Below are positions 26,601 through 39,199 of a stretch of 64,000 nt of DNA, piece after piece. The position numbers and the translations under genes were made by a program. The stretch is from assembly GCF_964204645.1 (NCBI RefSeq), contig NC_134025.1, positions 11,842,001 through 11,906,000 on the forward strand, written 5' to 3'. The DNA comes from Tubulanus polymorphus (taxonomy: Eukaryota; Animalia; Nemertea). The notes under the pieces were generated by a model that had not been told where the DNA came from, searched no databases, and saw only the letters and a list, made by a program, of their open reading frames with translations. The first letter of the stretch is position 1; each line of letters starts with the position of its first letter.

Positions 26601-29600
26601 ATAAATCACAAAGCTGTTTAAACTAAACACACTATGCACCGGAAATACGATTCAATGATATGACTAGGCTTATTGGATACGGCTAGGCAATTGGATACGG
26701 TAACATGCCAATTACAGAGTATAATTGCTGGCTGAAGATAGATAGCCAGCCACTGTGTACAGTTAAAATGAAAAATAAGTTGCGTTCACACTAGATGATT
26801 TTGAATGTTTAAAATGGTAAGATCTATTCAAACCAACCAACCAACCAACCAACCAACCAACCAACCAACCAACCAACCAACCAACCAACCAACCAACCAA
26901 CCAACCAACCAACCAACCAACCAACCAACCAACCAACCAACCAACCAACCAACCAACCAACCAACCAACCAACCAACCAACCAACCAACCAACCAACCAA
27001 CCAACCAACCAACCAACCAACCAACCAACCAACCAACCAACCAACCAACCAACCAACCAACCAACCAACCAACCAACCAACCAACCAACCAACCAACCAA
27101 CCAACCAACCAACCAACCAACCAACCAACCAACCAACCAACCAACCAACCAACCAACCAACCAACCAACCAACCAACCAACCAACCAACCAACCAACCAA
27201 CCAACCAACCAACCAACCAACCAACCAACCAACCAACCAACCAACCAACCAACCAACCAACCAACCAACCAACCAACCAACCAACCAACCAACCAACCAA
27301 CCAACCAACCAACCAACCAACCAACCAACCAACCAACCAACCAACCAACCAACCAACCAACCAACCAACCAACCAACCAACCAACCAACCAACCAACCAA
27401 CCAACCAACCAACCAACCAACCAACCAACCAACCAACCAACCAACCAACCAACCAACCAACCAACCAACCAACCAACCAACCAACCAACCAACCAACCAA
27501 CCAACCAACCAACCAACCAACCAACCAACCAACCAACCAACCAACCAACCAACCAACCAACCAACCAACCAACCAACCAACCAACCAACCAACCAACCAA
27601 CCAACCAACCAACCAACCAACCAACCAACCAACCAACCAACCAACCAACCAACCAACCAACCAACCAACCAACCAACCAACCAACCAACCAACCAACCAA
27701 CCAACCAACCAACCAACCAACCAACCAACCAACCAACCAACCAACCAACCAACCAACCAACCAACCAACCAACCAACCAACCAACCAACCAACCAACCAA
27801 CCAACCAACCAACCAACCAACCAACCAACCAACCAACCAACCAACCAACCAACCAACCAACCAACCAACCAACCAACCAACCAACCAACCAACCAACCAA
27901 CCAACCAACCAACCAACCAACCAACCAACCAACCAACCAACCAACCAACCAACCAACCAACCAACCAACCAACCAACCAACCAAATAATACATCTGGAGA
28001 GAGATATGTCATAGAAACTTCGCTTTTAATTGCCTTTCAGTCACGGTGTTGAATATAACAAATCGGTGAGCACAAACAAATGTGAATGCATAGTTCTAGT
28101 TTTCAGCGATTATACGACGCGCAATCTGATTGGTGCCGCAAGTTTTCGTGCGGCTGCGCATGTACCTGCGCAACCAGTCTAGTGTGGCAGGGGTCCGTGC
28201 CGTGGCTGAGTGTAGTGATGCCATCGGGTTCGAATCCCTGCCAAGGGAGGATGGTCCATACTAGGTACGAGCTAAATCATAACGCCTATCAATAGTTAGT
28301 ATGAATGCAGCTATGGTGCTACCAGTATTTGTCATTATTTCATTCATCAGTCAAGATATGACATGATTATATTGTTAAGTATAATACTGGTATATGTCAA
28401 TCACATGTAGGCTAGCCAAAAAACCACTGGTCATTCCAAGTACATCTATATACAACCTTGTGTTATTCTTATAGAGTAGTATTCGATGAATAAAGACCCT
28501 CTGAATAATAATAAAGCCTTAAAAACCTAGCCTCTTAGCCTACTCTCACTTAGAAAAAAACACAAATATAGCCAGCAAACCAGATATATTCTAAGCGTAA
28601 ACTAGTCATCAAAGCTCATTTAGATCAAAAACATGATCAAGACTCACAGGTATGTAACAGGTAGAAGCACGTCTAATGTTCTAACACACAAGCCTGTTTA
28701 TATCTACAGACATAGTTCGATTAATGGCAATGGTCACAGTACCTAGCATTTAGCACAGTGACACTGTATATTGAACATGTTAAGACAATCATCGGCGCGA
28801 ATCAAGGTGGAATCATAGGCTTTTGCAAGTATCTACACATATCATAAGCAAAATGGACATAGCTATGTAGTACACGTGTACATTGTACATTCCGGACGAT
28901 ACACGAGTGAAACATGCATATAGAGATAGCTTGAAATTAGTATCAGCCATCCTTGATTAATAATTAAGACAACTCTCTCTCTCTACCTGACACAGAATCG
29001 AAGTATAAAATGTGAGGGCACATCAACTAAATAAAAAGATGATAACGATAATAAGAACACGTAGTAGTTTGTGTATCAATTATCAAACATTTCGTGAAAC
29101 TAAAATACTAGCTCGACCGTGCATTTATTTCAACAGGATGAAAATTTCTTTAAAGACATAAGACACAACATGTGACAGGGCAGACTGGAGAATGTGCGGT
29201 ACAACAAAAAACACTTAGGAGAACACATCGATTGGTATAAAATTTCCAAAGGAACGTCTATGGTATTTTCGTTACCTATTCAGAATAGTTTGACCCGCTT
29301 GTACAAAAATTTAACCAACGCGGCTTGAAAAAATGTCAAATGAATCGTGAATACATAGTTTAAATGCTGCAATAGCTTGTATGTTGATTGCAACATTCCT
29401 AGTTGAATCGTGAATGATTTTAACAATTGAAAAGTTCAAATTAAAACAATTTTTCTAATATATGATTTATATGAATTCGGTTTTTTGTATCCACAATATA
29501 TGTTTCCGTACTATAAATCATTCTTACCTTGCTTTCTCGTTCTTGTTGTTTTTGTACTTCATCAGCTGGAACGAGTTTCAGTGTCAGAGGACCCGCTATA

Positions 29601-32600
29601 CTAGTCTGAAAATCGTAACAAAAAATTCTGGTTCAATAAGGAATATATCTGACTAAGTACCAAAATACCAAAGTATTGTTAATAATTGAAAGTCTGATTC
29701 TAAGAACATGTCTATCCCACTTATATATACGATATCAGCTAATTTTCCAGGGCTGGGTTTCATAGAGGTGGAAGAAAGATTGCCTTGGAACAGTTTGAAA
29801 TTTGTCAGTTATAACCATGGTTTCTCATTGTTACTATGGAGGTTGTCACCCAGATTGAGGATTTACCCCAAGGGATAACTTTGATACTTAGTCTATGAAA
29901 CCAGGCCCTTAAAAGCAATCACTCTGAAACAGGCTTCATTTCGTTTGGTGGTTCGATAAAACTACTATGCCTCAACCGATAATTTTCAACGTCCGCGATC
30001 GAAAACAGTGAGAAGTTATTAATCCCATGATGAAAAAGATGGCTAAAAATGTTAACCGTTTGGAACTAGTTCCATAGTTTGGTGCCCTTGCATACGACAA
30101 TGATGACACCGGCAGTACTTACAAGAGTATTTACAAATGCTTGCGGATCACTGCTATTCTTGCAAACGCCGTTCACTTCAACTACCTCGTCACCCGCTTG
30201 AATGAGACCGCTGCGATCGGCGGCACCGCCATGCATCACACGCGCAATCAAAACAGCACCGCTACCCAGTATCTTTAACGTAGCACCCTGTGGTATAAAG
30301 ATTATTGATCGTCAGAGCATGCATGTCAACAGCTGTTAGTTCTAAATGTTTCCCTACGACCCCGAAATATTCAACTGTCCATCTATCTAACTGTCCATCT
30401 AATGCACCGGAAGGATGTTTTAAGACATACCAGCCAGTTGTAGGCATGGACACAATGTAAACCGACCAAAATTTAAATACAAAGGTAAGAAAATTAACGC
30501 CTTGAAAGTAGTCTTTCAGAAAATAAAGCGATCTGGCAATTCCAGATTAGCATGCACCGAGGTGGTCCGATACAGCTGGAAACGAGATCACTTGTTTTTG
30601 AAGGAATCAAAAGAAGACCCTTCTAGACAATATGATTGATTGATTACATAATACTTACAAGTGGTTCGTTGTGTTTCAGTAATCTCACAATTTTGATCGA
30701 AACGTGGTCATCTTCATCGACTTCATGAGGAATATCTGGTAACGAAGGCCCATAATGTTTTTGAGCAACGAGATCATGAGCACTCATCAGAGCCTGCAAC
30801 AAAAAATAGGAGTCTAGAGACATTATGTCCACTTTAAGGAAGTGGTCTAAAATGCTTAAGACAAAGAGTCTAGGACATAATTTTTGAGGTATACATTCAA
30901 AATTGGTGGCAGGTACACGTGCATGTATAGCCGCGATCACACAGAGACGATTTGGCCCGGGCCAAATTGGCACGTACCAAATTAGAGAGAACACTCACAC
31001 GCAAACCATTCACTCGAAACTAAACAATGCTCAAACAAAGTGAAGTGGTCCGGCCAAGTTTGACCAAGGCCCATTTGGTACCCGTGTGAACTGCTGTTAC
31101 GGGCCAAATTTGGCTCGGCCCAAAAATGCTCGTGTGATCGCGGGGTATGTCTGAATGTGACATCAAGTTAGAGAATAGAAGGAAGGTTCAAGGTGGTTTT
31201 ATGAAGGTCGTCTCTGTCCCATAATCAGTGGTTTAGAAAATCCAAATTATGAATGATTTCATGAAGACATAAATCTAATATTGCACGCATGAACAGCATT
31301 TATCTATTTTCAAATCAAATCAGTCATAAATAATGGTGCAAAGGGAATCTTGCGTAAAATTGTATAATGTCTAGTAGGCCAATTGGTACTTCAAGCCGAA
31401 GGTGCATGAATGGAGGGATTTCGCAGTTATTTCACCAAAAAATGGGAAAAATATATAATAGTCATAATTGGAGCTGTACGGGCACTGCCTCTCCCAGTAT
31501 GATTATTTCGGTAATTGGCTCACTTCGGTGAATTTTTATTCAAATTTATTTCCAACCAACTCAATTGAAGATTTGTTTTGGCAAAATTTGCCGAGATATA
31601 TTTAAAATTGTTAATCATTGGTTCTGCTCTGTAAAGCGAATTGCTTAAGCCTAACATGTACAGCGAAAAAAAAACCACGAAACCAGAAACATATTTTGTG
31701 TTTATGCATTTCTATGCACCTAGCACCACTAGCAATGAGAAGAAGTAAGATATAGTTGTATCATATGATATCAAACAGGCAGTGATATCAATCAGTCATG
31801 TGATACGCTCGTTGTCAATGCTGATATTGTTCATCAGTGTTTCTTTTTTAGATACCGTAGTCTTCACATCACAAACAGCAAATGAAACAATGTTTCTCAT
31901 TTGTGTTTGTGAAACTGATATGTTTGAGAAAGTGTCAAACAATGCTTCAGGGGGGGGGGCTCCGCATTCAGAGCGACGAAACAAGCCAGAAAATGTTTTT
32001 GTTTTTTTTAAGTGCTATGCATGCTAGGCTTTCTTTCTTCAGAAAGAAATGCTTGAAGAAAGAAATGCTTTACAATAAGGTTCAGTACAATTGCGTGAAC
32101 ACCTACAATGCAGGTTCAAGAAACAATAATTATGGTTTTATTCTAATTAGATAAAACAATAACTATTGTTTCTTGAATCTGCATTGTGGGTGTTCACGCA
32201 ATTTATACTCAAGACTGGAAATAAGCCGCGATCACACTAGATACAGCGCTTATGAAGTACCGCACTTTGTCGGTGCCGAATTCACCAAAATACGGCGCTT
32301 ACACAGCCAGTTACGTTCACACTACCAGTCGGCAATTCGGCACTTAGTAAACCCAGTATAGCAGTCACCCGGTGTGCCGATAGAGGGGAGTGTAATTAGT
32401 GTTGTGTGTATTGTACTACTACGCAGATGTAAATACTCGCCGAATCTGCGTTCCCACTACAGTCAAAATACACAGCCAGCTCAGTTTCGTACTGAGATTG
32501 GGTTTTCGGCGCGGAATCACTTTCCGCGCTTAATAAGCCGCGTATTTCAGTATGGAACTGAATAAGCCGCGAATAGGCCTCGAATAATTTCCAAGTGTGA

Positions 32601-35600
32601 TTGCTTAGTACCGTACTGAAATCCTAGTGTGAACGCAGCTATAGTCTCAACCATTTATAAAGGCGCAGTACCTTCATATGTGGATTTTCGAGCAGTTTCA
32701 ACAATTCCACCGATTCCGACGAGAATGGATGGCAATGTAAATGATCCGCAGCCTCAGCAGCGATTGACGCCGCTTTCTCGGTATCCGGTTTCAGCTCGCG
32801 ATCGTCCAGATCCGCCATACGTTGATGAACCTTCAACAGCGACGTGAAGTCTTCGCTTTTGAAATAGCCTTGCAGGAAATTAACGTCGTCATCTTTCGCG
32901 CCGCTTTTTGTTCGTATTTGGCTCAAAGAACTCAACAATTTTTGTACGCCTGAAAACAAGAAAATTCAAATTTTCCATTAAAGGGTTTCATGAAACTTCC
33001 CTTATTCTATAAGAAAATCAACATTGATATCATTCGTTATAGTTCATCATCTTTTCCCAAGGGCCTGAATGTCCATAACGGCAGTGCAGCCATTAGAGCA
33101 CTTTTTACACCTCCGATTAACCTGCATTGTTTGCAATACCTCCACAAAAACATCTGATATTCTTCACACATCTGATTCAAGTTTAAACCAGGGCGAATTC
33201 AGGGGGTGGTCTCAGGGATCCCGACCCTGCCTTCCTATATCAGGTTGCCCTTTTCTTTAAAACAGAGATTGCGTGGAAACTGTATATTTTACACTCATCC
33301 TCTTTGAAATTGCATCCTTTCCGGTTTACTTCCTCAAAGATATCTAATACCGAGGGAGGAATCTGCTGGTGGCCATTGACATGGCTGCTATATCCGAGAA
33401 ATGCCCTATCTTTTCTTCTGAACCCCTGCCTTCCAATTATTCTAGATCCATCCCTGTTTAAATTCTATACCCATCAATATCTCCACTGCGTAAAACAATT
33501 TTCTTGAGTAGCGTACCTGTACCTGTGGATGCAACATTGTTTATTTACTCATCAATAATCAAAACACACGCACCGCTGTACAGGTATATCATGGTTAGGG
33601 TAGAATTTCAAGAAAATTTCTCACTAATATTAATAGCTGATCTTTTTTTAGTTTGAACTTGATATTAACCCTAATTTGACTTAACAAAGGGCACTCAGCA
33701 ATCGATGTGTCCCAAATGGATTAAACCCTATATAATGATCAAACTATTCAGATTCTGCAAGGGTATGGGCTCCTCCCTTGATCACTATCCATTTTGGGTA
33801 GGTAGTGATATCTGACCACCAAGTGATTGCTTTTGCCGGAAATATGCAGTCAAATTCCTGTGGGGACCATCATAATTTCTTTTCAATCATTTTTCCACAG
33901 CAGTTTGATAGGCATGGGTGTCCATAAAAATGTTCAAATTTGAACTTGAAGCACTGTAGCTGATGTTCACAAAGATTGTAGGTAAAAAGATATGCTGTAA
34001 TAATGCCAGCGGTAATAATGCCAGAGGTAAAAATGCCATAGGTAATAATGCCAGAAATAAAAATGCCAGAGGTAAAAATGCCAGGGGTATAAAAATGCCC
34101 GAGGAAATAATGCCAGAAGGGTAAATTGATTCCATTTTTATAAGAAACAAGTGTATCAAAAACTTGTAAACTATTCATCAAATGGTTGCTTGATGTTATG
34201 AATTACAGCAAACTAACTCGTCGAAAACTTTTTGATTTTAATTATCATACCTATTATTGTACCTAAATAAATTCTTCGCTTAAATTCCCTCATATTTCCT
34301 TCTGGCATTTTTACTTATGAAGTGATTTTACCTCTGGCATTTTTGCCTCTAGCATTTTTACTTCTGGCATTATTACCCGGATTCGGTAAAAATGCCACCA
34401 AATTTCGCAACAGGAAAAAAATGCCACTTTTTGAATAGTAGGAAACCAGGAAAAAATTATTTACATACATAGATTTAAGTTGACTGTAATTATCATTCAT
34501 CTTATCAATGATGTTTCAATTGAATTTCCAACTTACTATTGTATTTGGCTGTATTTTAGTACCCCTAAGTTTCCCCACTTAAGTTTACGGCTGGTTTTAT
34601 ATATTGTTTATTACCCCTAGCGTGTACTTATTACTTACATAATTATTAGTCTGTCTGAAAAAAACTGTGGAATTGTTATCAGAATTGTCATCCGACGAAT
34701 TACTAAAAATCTATTAGCCTCTATTCCTAATAAAAATAAAATTCATGGTCAGTAGTAAAGTAGTAATCAAATTTCGAACATGTATATAATCTGAATAGGT
34801 AATGTCTGAACATAAACTGTGGAATTTTACTATAATCGTTTCGTTCGTTTTAAACTGTTGAAAAGAAATCATTGTATATTACTTGTTAATCGAAAAATGT
34901 ACATTACTTGTTAATCTTGCAAATTATTATTCTGTCTGAAAATAAACTGTGGAATTATTATCAATATTTGTTCATTTGAAACTGTTGAAAAAAATCGTCG
35001 GTCGCATTTTTACCGGTGGCATTTTTTTCCGTATATCGTTCACAAATACGTTTGAAATTTCAAATGAGACTATAAAATTTAATTCAAATAGGCCTGACTA
35101 TTTTTACATAGTCGAAAGGAGTATATTGTAACAAACTAAGTTCCCATTGATTTAACTGAATATTTCCTATAGATTTAGATTCGAAACTCATAAACCAATG
35201 TATAAAATCGGCCGAATGAAACATTACGGCGCTTTTCTGTGCTTTTTTTTCTCAAAGAAACAGGTAGACCCGATAGCACAAGGACATTTCGCTCTTGCCG
35301 CTTTTGATAAATAAAAACTTTCGAAAGCAAACATCTTTGTTTTTGAAGCAATAAGCGAGGCAGGCTATTCTCCAACAATAATGTGAACTCAAGTCGATAA
35401 TGAAATTATCTCAAGACGCCAAAAGGATACTCCACGAGTGAGTCACACTCAACGTACTACACACATCATGCATAAACGTTCTACTCGTAATTTACTATAC
35501 GCAACAACGACAGTTCCTTCATGTACTAGTCTTCCACCGCAGGCACACTAAGTCAAATTCATTTATATTTCTATGGTTTCATAGCACTATTAAAATCATT

Positions 35601-37752
35601 GAAAGAAATATTTTTCAGCACCTTTAAGGCAATCATTGATTTTAGCATGGATTCTTTTTATACAACGCATTACAAAAACACCACTAAGAACACCATTCAG
35701 TATCTGAATAAAATATTGCAACTCAGATAACCCTTTCAATACCACATAGTGTCTCCGCTGCTGTACCGGAGGGAATTTAGGGGTTTATAGGGGTATATTT
35801 GAGGCTTCATAGAATGGTTAGGCCTACCAAGGAATCTGACACAGAAAAATCATATAGCATGTTGATAACTTTTGGGCCAACAAAGTAAATATAAATAATT
35901 TGGATGTAAGTAAACTTGAGGTCAAGGTCACATACTCCAAGATGGCTGCCATGAAAACAAATGACAAAAAAGTTTCAGATAAACTGATCTGTCTCCCAGG
36001 AAAATGCACTAATCTATTTAATTTCAACTGAAATTGTATGCCATATATCCTTACCTTATAAAGTAAAAATTTCAAAGCAATAGAACTAAAAAATTTTATT
36101 TTTCCACTCACTTACGCACTTTTCCACCGATATGTTGGAAGGTCGTGTGTAAGGGGTTTCAGTGGGGTATAATTTCAGGCCTCAGAAAATTGTTACCTAC
36201 CTATTTGACACTGATACATTGTATAACATGGTGTTGATAAACTTTTGGCTTACAAATAAGACAAATAATTTGAATATATATGACCTTGAGGATGGACAGT
36301 TTCTGGTACTTCATTATTGTTATCGGTGTCCATTGCCATGACAACCGGATCAACAGGGTCTAAAAAAATTGTCACTGATTTCATTTTCATCATCAAAATC
36401 ATTGCCGACACTAAACCTATTTTCTGACTAAGTCTCATCATTTGAACTGCACTGTCATATTCGTTGTTTGTCCACTACCAAATTCCAAGTCACCAGTATC
36501 CCTGTCAGCATCATATACGAGCTGCTGAACCATTTCATCCAGCCAAATTGTTTTTCCTGGCTGCTGCAATCTTGGATTTTATGCAGATGGCAGTACCGGC
36601 TGATACTGATAGATATGCCCTTCTAGAAGAAGGGTTAAGCGATATCACATACGGTGCAGGTATGCTAGCTTGCCAATTTGTACCATATGCCATACGGTAG
36701 TGGTATTGTAAGGGTTAAGGCAAAATATGTGGCTTCTAAGCAACATAAAAACTGGAAGGAATATTCCAGGAAGGAACAGGAACTGTATTCCGGAATATAG
36801 TCAGTAAAAAATTTGACTTACATATTTTTAAAAGTACATAATCTGAAAGGTCCCGAATGCCTTAGATAGATGGAAAACGAGTACTTTTTCAAAAATTTCC
36901 TGGGGAGGACCCCAAACTCCTCCTCTTTAATCAGTTTCACACGTACAATGCTAGCTACTTCGTTGGCAGATCATTGAGCAGTAATTTCTAGAAATATAGT
37001 AAAATTCACCCGCTGGATCCACCCCTGAGGAATATATTGGAAAGGAATGCATTTCAAACTGTATCACCACTACCCACGAGAGGATTTTAGTAGAAATTCA
37101 TTAATCCGTTACCAGACATCGTCCCATCTGTTACAGTACTGAGTATATTGTGAGCTGCAAGTTCATCTATTTGCTTTGTTAGCTCGTCCTATACAGAACA
37201 CACAAATAGAGCAAATTGAATCGTCGGAGGGTGTCACATTATCCCCAGGGAAAATTTCACCAGGAAAAAGGAACCCCTGCAACTTCTTATTGTGGGTCTT
37301 ATATGGGGTCAACCCGGCCAGCCACCTCCGGCTTCCAAATTTCACCATCATGAGGCACCATTCTTAATATTTTCGAAATGACCCTAACTATGAAATTCAA
37401 TCCATTGATATAGTCGAACTGGAATCTGAACTCTCTTATTTCTTTGAATCATATTTCTTTGATGCTTATAATAAAGCCATTATCCGTCTGCATTAATAGG
37501 GTGTGTGAAATCTACCTTATTCTTCACATATTTGATTACTGGATTACTGTATTTTTATTAGGCATTTCACTCATTTCTTTCAAAATTAAGCATCAAATGG
37601 ACGAATCGGAAAATTCTCCGCTATAAGCTTTAATTTCGCGTCAACTTCGTTTAATATAAGCAACTAATTCCGAGAAATCAAATTGATAAATACTGATACA
37701 GACCTGGATCAATGAGCTGTCCATGGGCATTTGGTGAGATAACTGGCATCAT
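23608..37752 (-). CDS. MPP7: MAGUK p55 subfamily scaffold, MPP7-like (L27N-L27C-PDZ-SH3-HOOK-GK), ~560 aa, 11 coding exons
   Basis: Minus-strand in-phase exons: 37752-37704 ([17 protein letters not shown]), 32949-32672, 30793-30659, 30287-30123, 29605-29528, 26591-26398, 25945-25800, 24947-24783, 24245-24152, 24065-23957, 23877-23608 (TAA); total 1683 nt. Motifs: [88 protein letters not shown]. The first exon is less certain than the rest. Confidence 0.88.
25074..25631. mobile_element. hAT-like non-autonomous DNA transposon
   Basis: 14-bp TIR CAGGGGCGGATCCA / TGGATCCGCCACTG (1 mismatch); direct repeat TTAGC at 25069-25073 and 25632-25636. Confidence 0.8.
25974..26243. mobile_element. Inverted pseudo-LTR remnant of a Penelope-like retroelement
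   Basis: Near-perfect inverted arms of ~110 bp (26010-26120 vs 26134-26244) containing the hammerhead and an AATAAA. Flanked by a 14-bp direct repeat AAAGTTAGAATTTA (25960-25973, 26244-26257). Confidence 0.65.
26118..26163 (+). ncRNA. Minimal type I hammerhead ribozyme (Penelope-like element type)
   Basis: AGACAC-CUGACGA-U-GAUCUC-uagggu-GAGAUC-GAAA-CGU-C^-GUGUCU. Perfect 6-bp stem I, CUGANGA and GAAA cores, 6-bp stem II, palindromic ACGU in place of stem III, and a GUC site with predicted cleavage after 26157. Confidence 0.8.
26831..27984. repeat. (AACC)n/(GGTT)n microsatellite, ~288 units
   Basis: Apparently uninterrupted tetranucleotide array of 1154 bp in a MAGUK intron; it generates the spurious VGWL/PTNQ ORFs. 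Confidence 0.99.
28100..28260 (+). mobile_element. tRNA-related SINE-like repeat, family A, copy 3
   Basis: A-box-like TGGCTGAGTG, B-box GGTTCGAATCC (28227-28237), and TGGCAGGG/CCCTGCCA pairing; homologous to two copies near the window start. Confidence 0.75.
29751..29907. mobile_element. Harbinger-like MITE
   Basis: CAG-GGCTGGGTTTCATAGA...TCTATGAAACCAGGCC inverted termini. Confidence 0.6.
30929..31145. mobile_element. PIF/Harbinger-like MITE (GCCGCGATCACAC family)
   Basis: CCGCGATCACAC...GTGTGATCGCGG termini with internal TTGGCCCGGGCCAA palindromes. Confidence 0.75.
32224..32640. mobile_element. PIF/Harbinger-like MITE
   Basis: ATA-AGCCGCGATCACACTAG...CTAGTGTGAACGCAGCT-ATA; 3-bp TSD. Confidence 0.75.
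33189..33456. mobile_element. Decayed hAT-like MITE
   Basis: CAGGGCGAATTCAGG...CTAGATCCATCCCTG termini resemble those of the 25074 element. A further right end lies at ~37010-37027. Confidence 0.5.
33975..35039. repeat. Adjacent foldback-type elements with a 15-bp subterminal unit (GGTAAWAATGCCAGA)
   Basis: About 8 tandem units at ~34000-34120 and inverted units at ~34300-34380. CGGATTCGGTAAAAATGCCACC (34378) is mirrored by GGTGGCATTTTTTTCCG (~35015-35030). Three internal diverged repeats TGTCTGAA..AAACTGTGGAATT (~34650, 34803, 34931). Confidence 0.65.
35731..36714 (-). mobile_element. Non-autonomous piggyBac-like element with decayed transposase 5' fragment
   Basis: 15-bp TIR CCCTTTCAATACCAC / GTGGTATTGTAAGGG (1 mismatch); flanks ATAA/TTAA. 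A frameshifted acidic peptide is read on the - strand at ~36575-36285. Confidence 0.7.
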
Positions 37753-38530
37753 GCAGCACAGAAACCCTGGCCTATAACTATTCCCCCTGTCCTTCCTGGA
37801 AATACAAATTATGAATAGAATAAGATTAGATTCATAAGACAATATAATGTAAGATTCAATCAATGAACGATGAAGTGGTCAGAATATCAAGAGCAGCCAA
37901 TATTTAATACGACAATTAACAGATATAGGCCTATAGATATATAGACCCATAAATATATATATACATTTTTTAAACTCAAATTCTCCACTAAAACTCTACA
38001 ATTCCTCAGAAAGATTCCCAGAAATACGCACTCCATGAAAGATAGATCTTCACATTTCCCTTCTATTCGAAAAAATGGATAGAACTTCAGATTGGTGCTT
38101 GCAACGTGGCGATGGTTTACTACTAGCAGGTGTTTCTCATAATGTATCACCCAGGCTTCACATTTGCTTGCGGTTTTTTGATGTTCGACATGTTTTCGCA
38201 CTTACGCGAATTCGCCAGTTAATCATCAACCGAGCCATCAAGTACCCACCTGCATTTCCTCTATATAAATAACATAATCCTTCAGTAGTTTATACAGATC
38301 GAGCTGACATACCCGCCAGGCAGGTTTACGCAATCTCGACAAAGAGAAGATCCGCCTAACTCCTCAACGCGTTGTCAGGGGAGAGTGAATTTTTTGCTCT
38401 TGGATAGCCGCGAACTCTATTCCAGCTTACTCGCTCGACGTTTTCGATGCTACCGGATAGATCTGCACTATCGTTCAATGCACTGTAACATCACCGAGGG
38501 GAGAGTCGACGAATCAAAAGCGAGATACCG

Positions 38531-38544
38531 GTTTCCATGGCGAC
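38531..38544. promoter_or_regulatory. RFX X-box-like motif in the putative MAGUK promoter
   Basis: GTTTCCATGGCGAC in a CpG-rich patch just upstream (on the - strand) of candidate 5'UTR donors at ~38311 and ~38430. Confidence 0.55.
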
Positions 38545-39199
38545 GAGGATATCTACGCTACTGATCTATCGCCGGCGATGATGATGCAAAATGCGAAGCT
38601 CGGTGATCAGCGTAGACTCACGGAGCCAGGAATATTTATTCCCTGGATGCCGGGACATCATCGAAGGATAAATGAATAAATAATAAATAATGTTGTTACG
38701 AGGTGAATCATTATACTAATATAATAAACTCAATTCGAGGCACTTCCGCCGCTGCCAACGATTCATTAATTGTTCAAACAGCTATAAAGAGCCTTCCACG
38801 TTCCACGAAATGATGAAAGCGTGTTGCCGACTACTATTCCCCATATTTCAGTCCCCGTATTTCCCGGACTCGCGTGCGTGTGAAAAGTGTCAATTTTTCG
38901 CTAATGCCCTGATTAGTTTTGCCACTCTAATTCATCGTTTTCGCATAAAAGAGTTATTGAAATTTTTTTTTAAAGTTTTCACGAGGTCCCCAGAATGTCG
39001 GAACTTTTGAGAAAAATAAATCAGAACGGCATTGTAGTAGTCCCTTATTCGAGGCTTTTACGTTCCAATTTCAACCAAATAAGTAAATAGGAAAATCATC
39101 CTTACTTTGAATAATTCTTTTTGTAATCTATAGTCTTTATCACTAAGAGCAAAATAAATATTCGTGCACAGAATTGCTGTAATACACTATCTGATCACT

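Noticed and set aside
26763-28052. ~400-aa ORFs (VGWL)n and (PTNQ)n
   Set aside because: These are translations of the stop-free (AACC)n microsatellite.
33516-33555. Candidate first coding exon of the MAGUK (CAG|GTAC donors)
   Set aside because: The required phase-1 frame has an upstream stop and no ATG; the exon at 37752-37704 fits better.
33887-34181. Hydrophobic repeat ORFs (LAFLP / GIFTS)
   Set aside because: These are translations of the 15-bp tandem unit of a repeat element.
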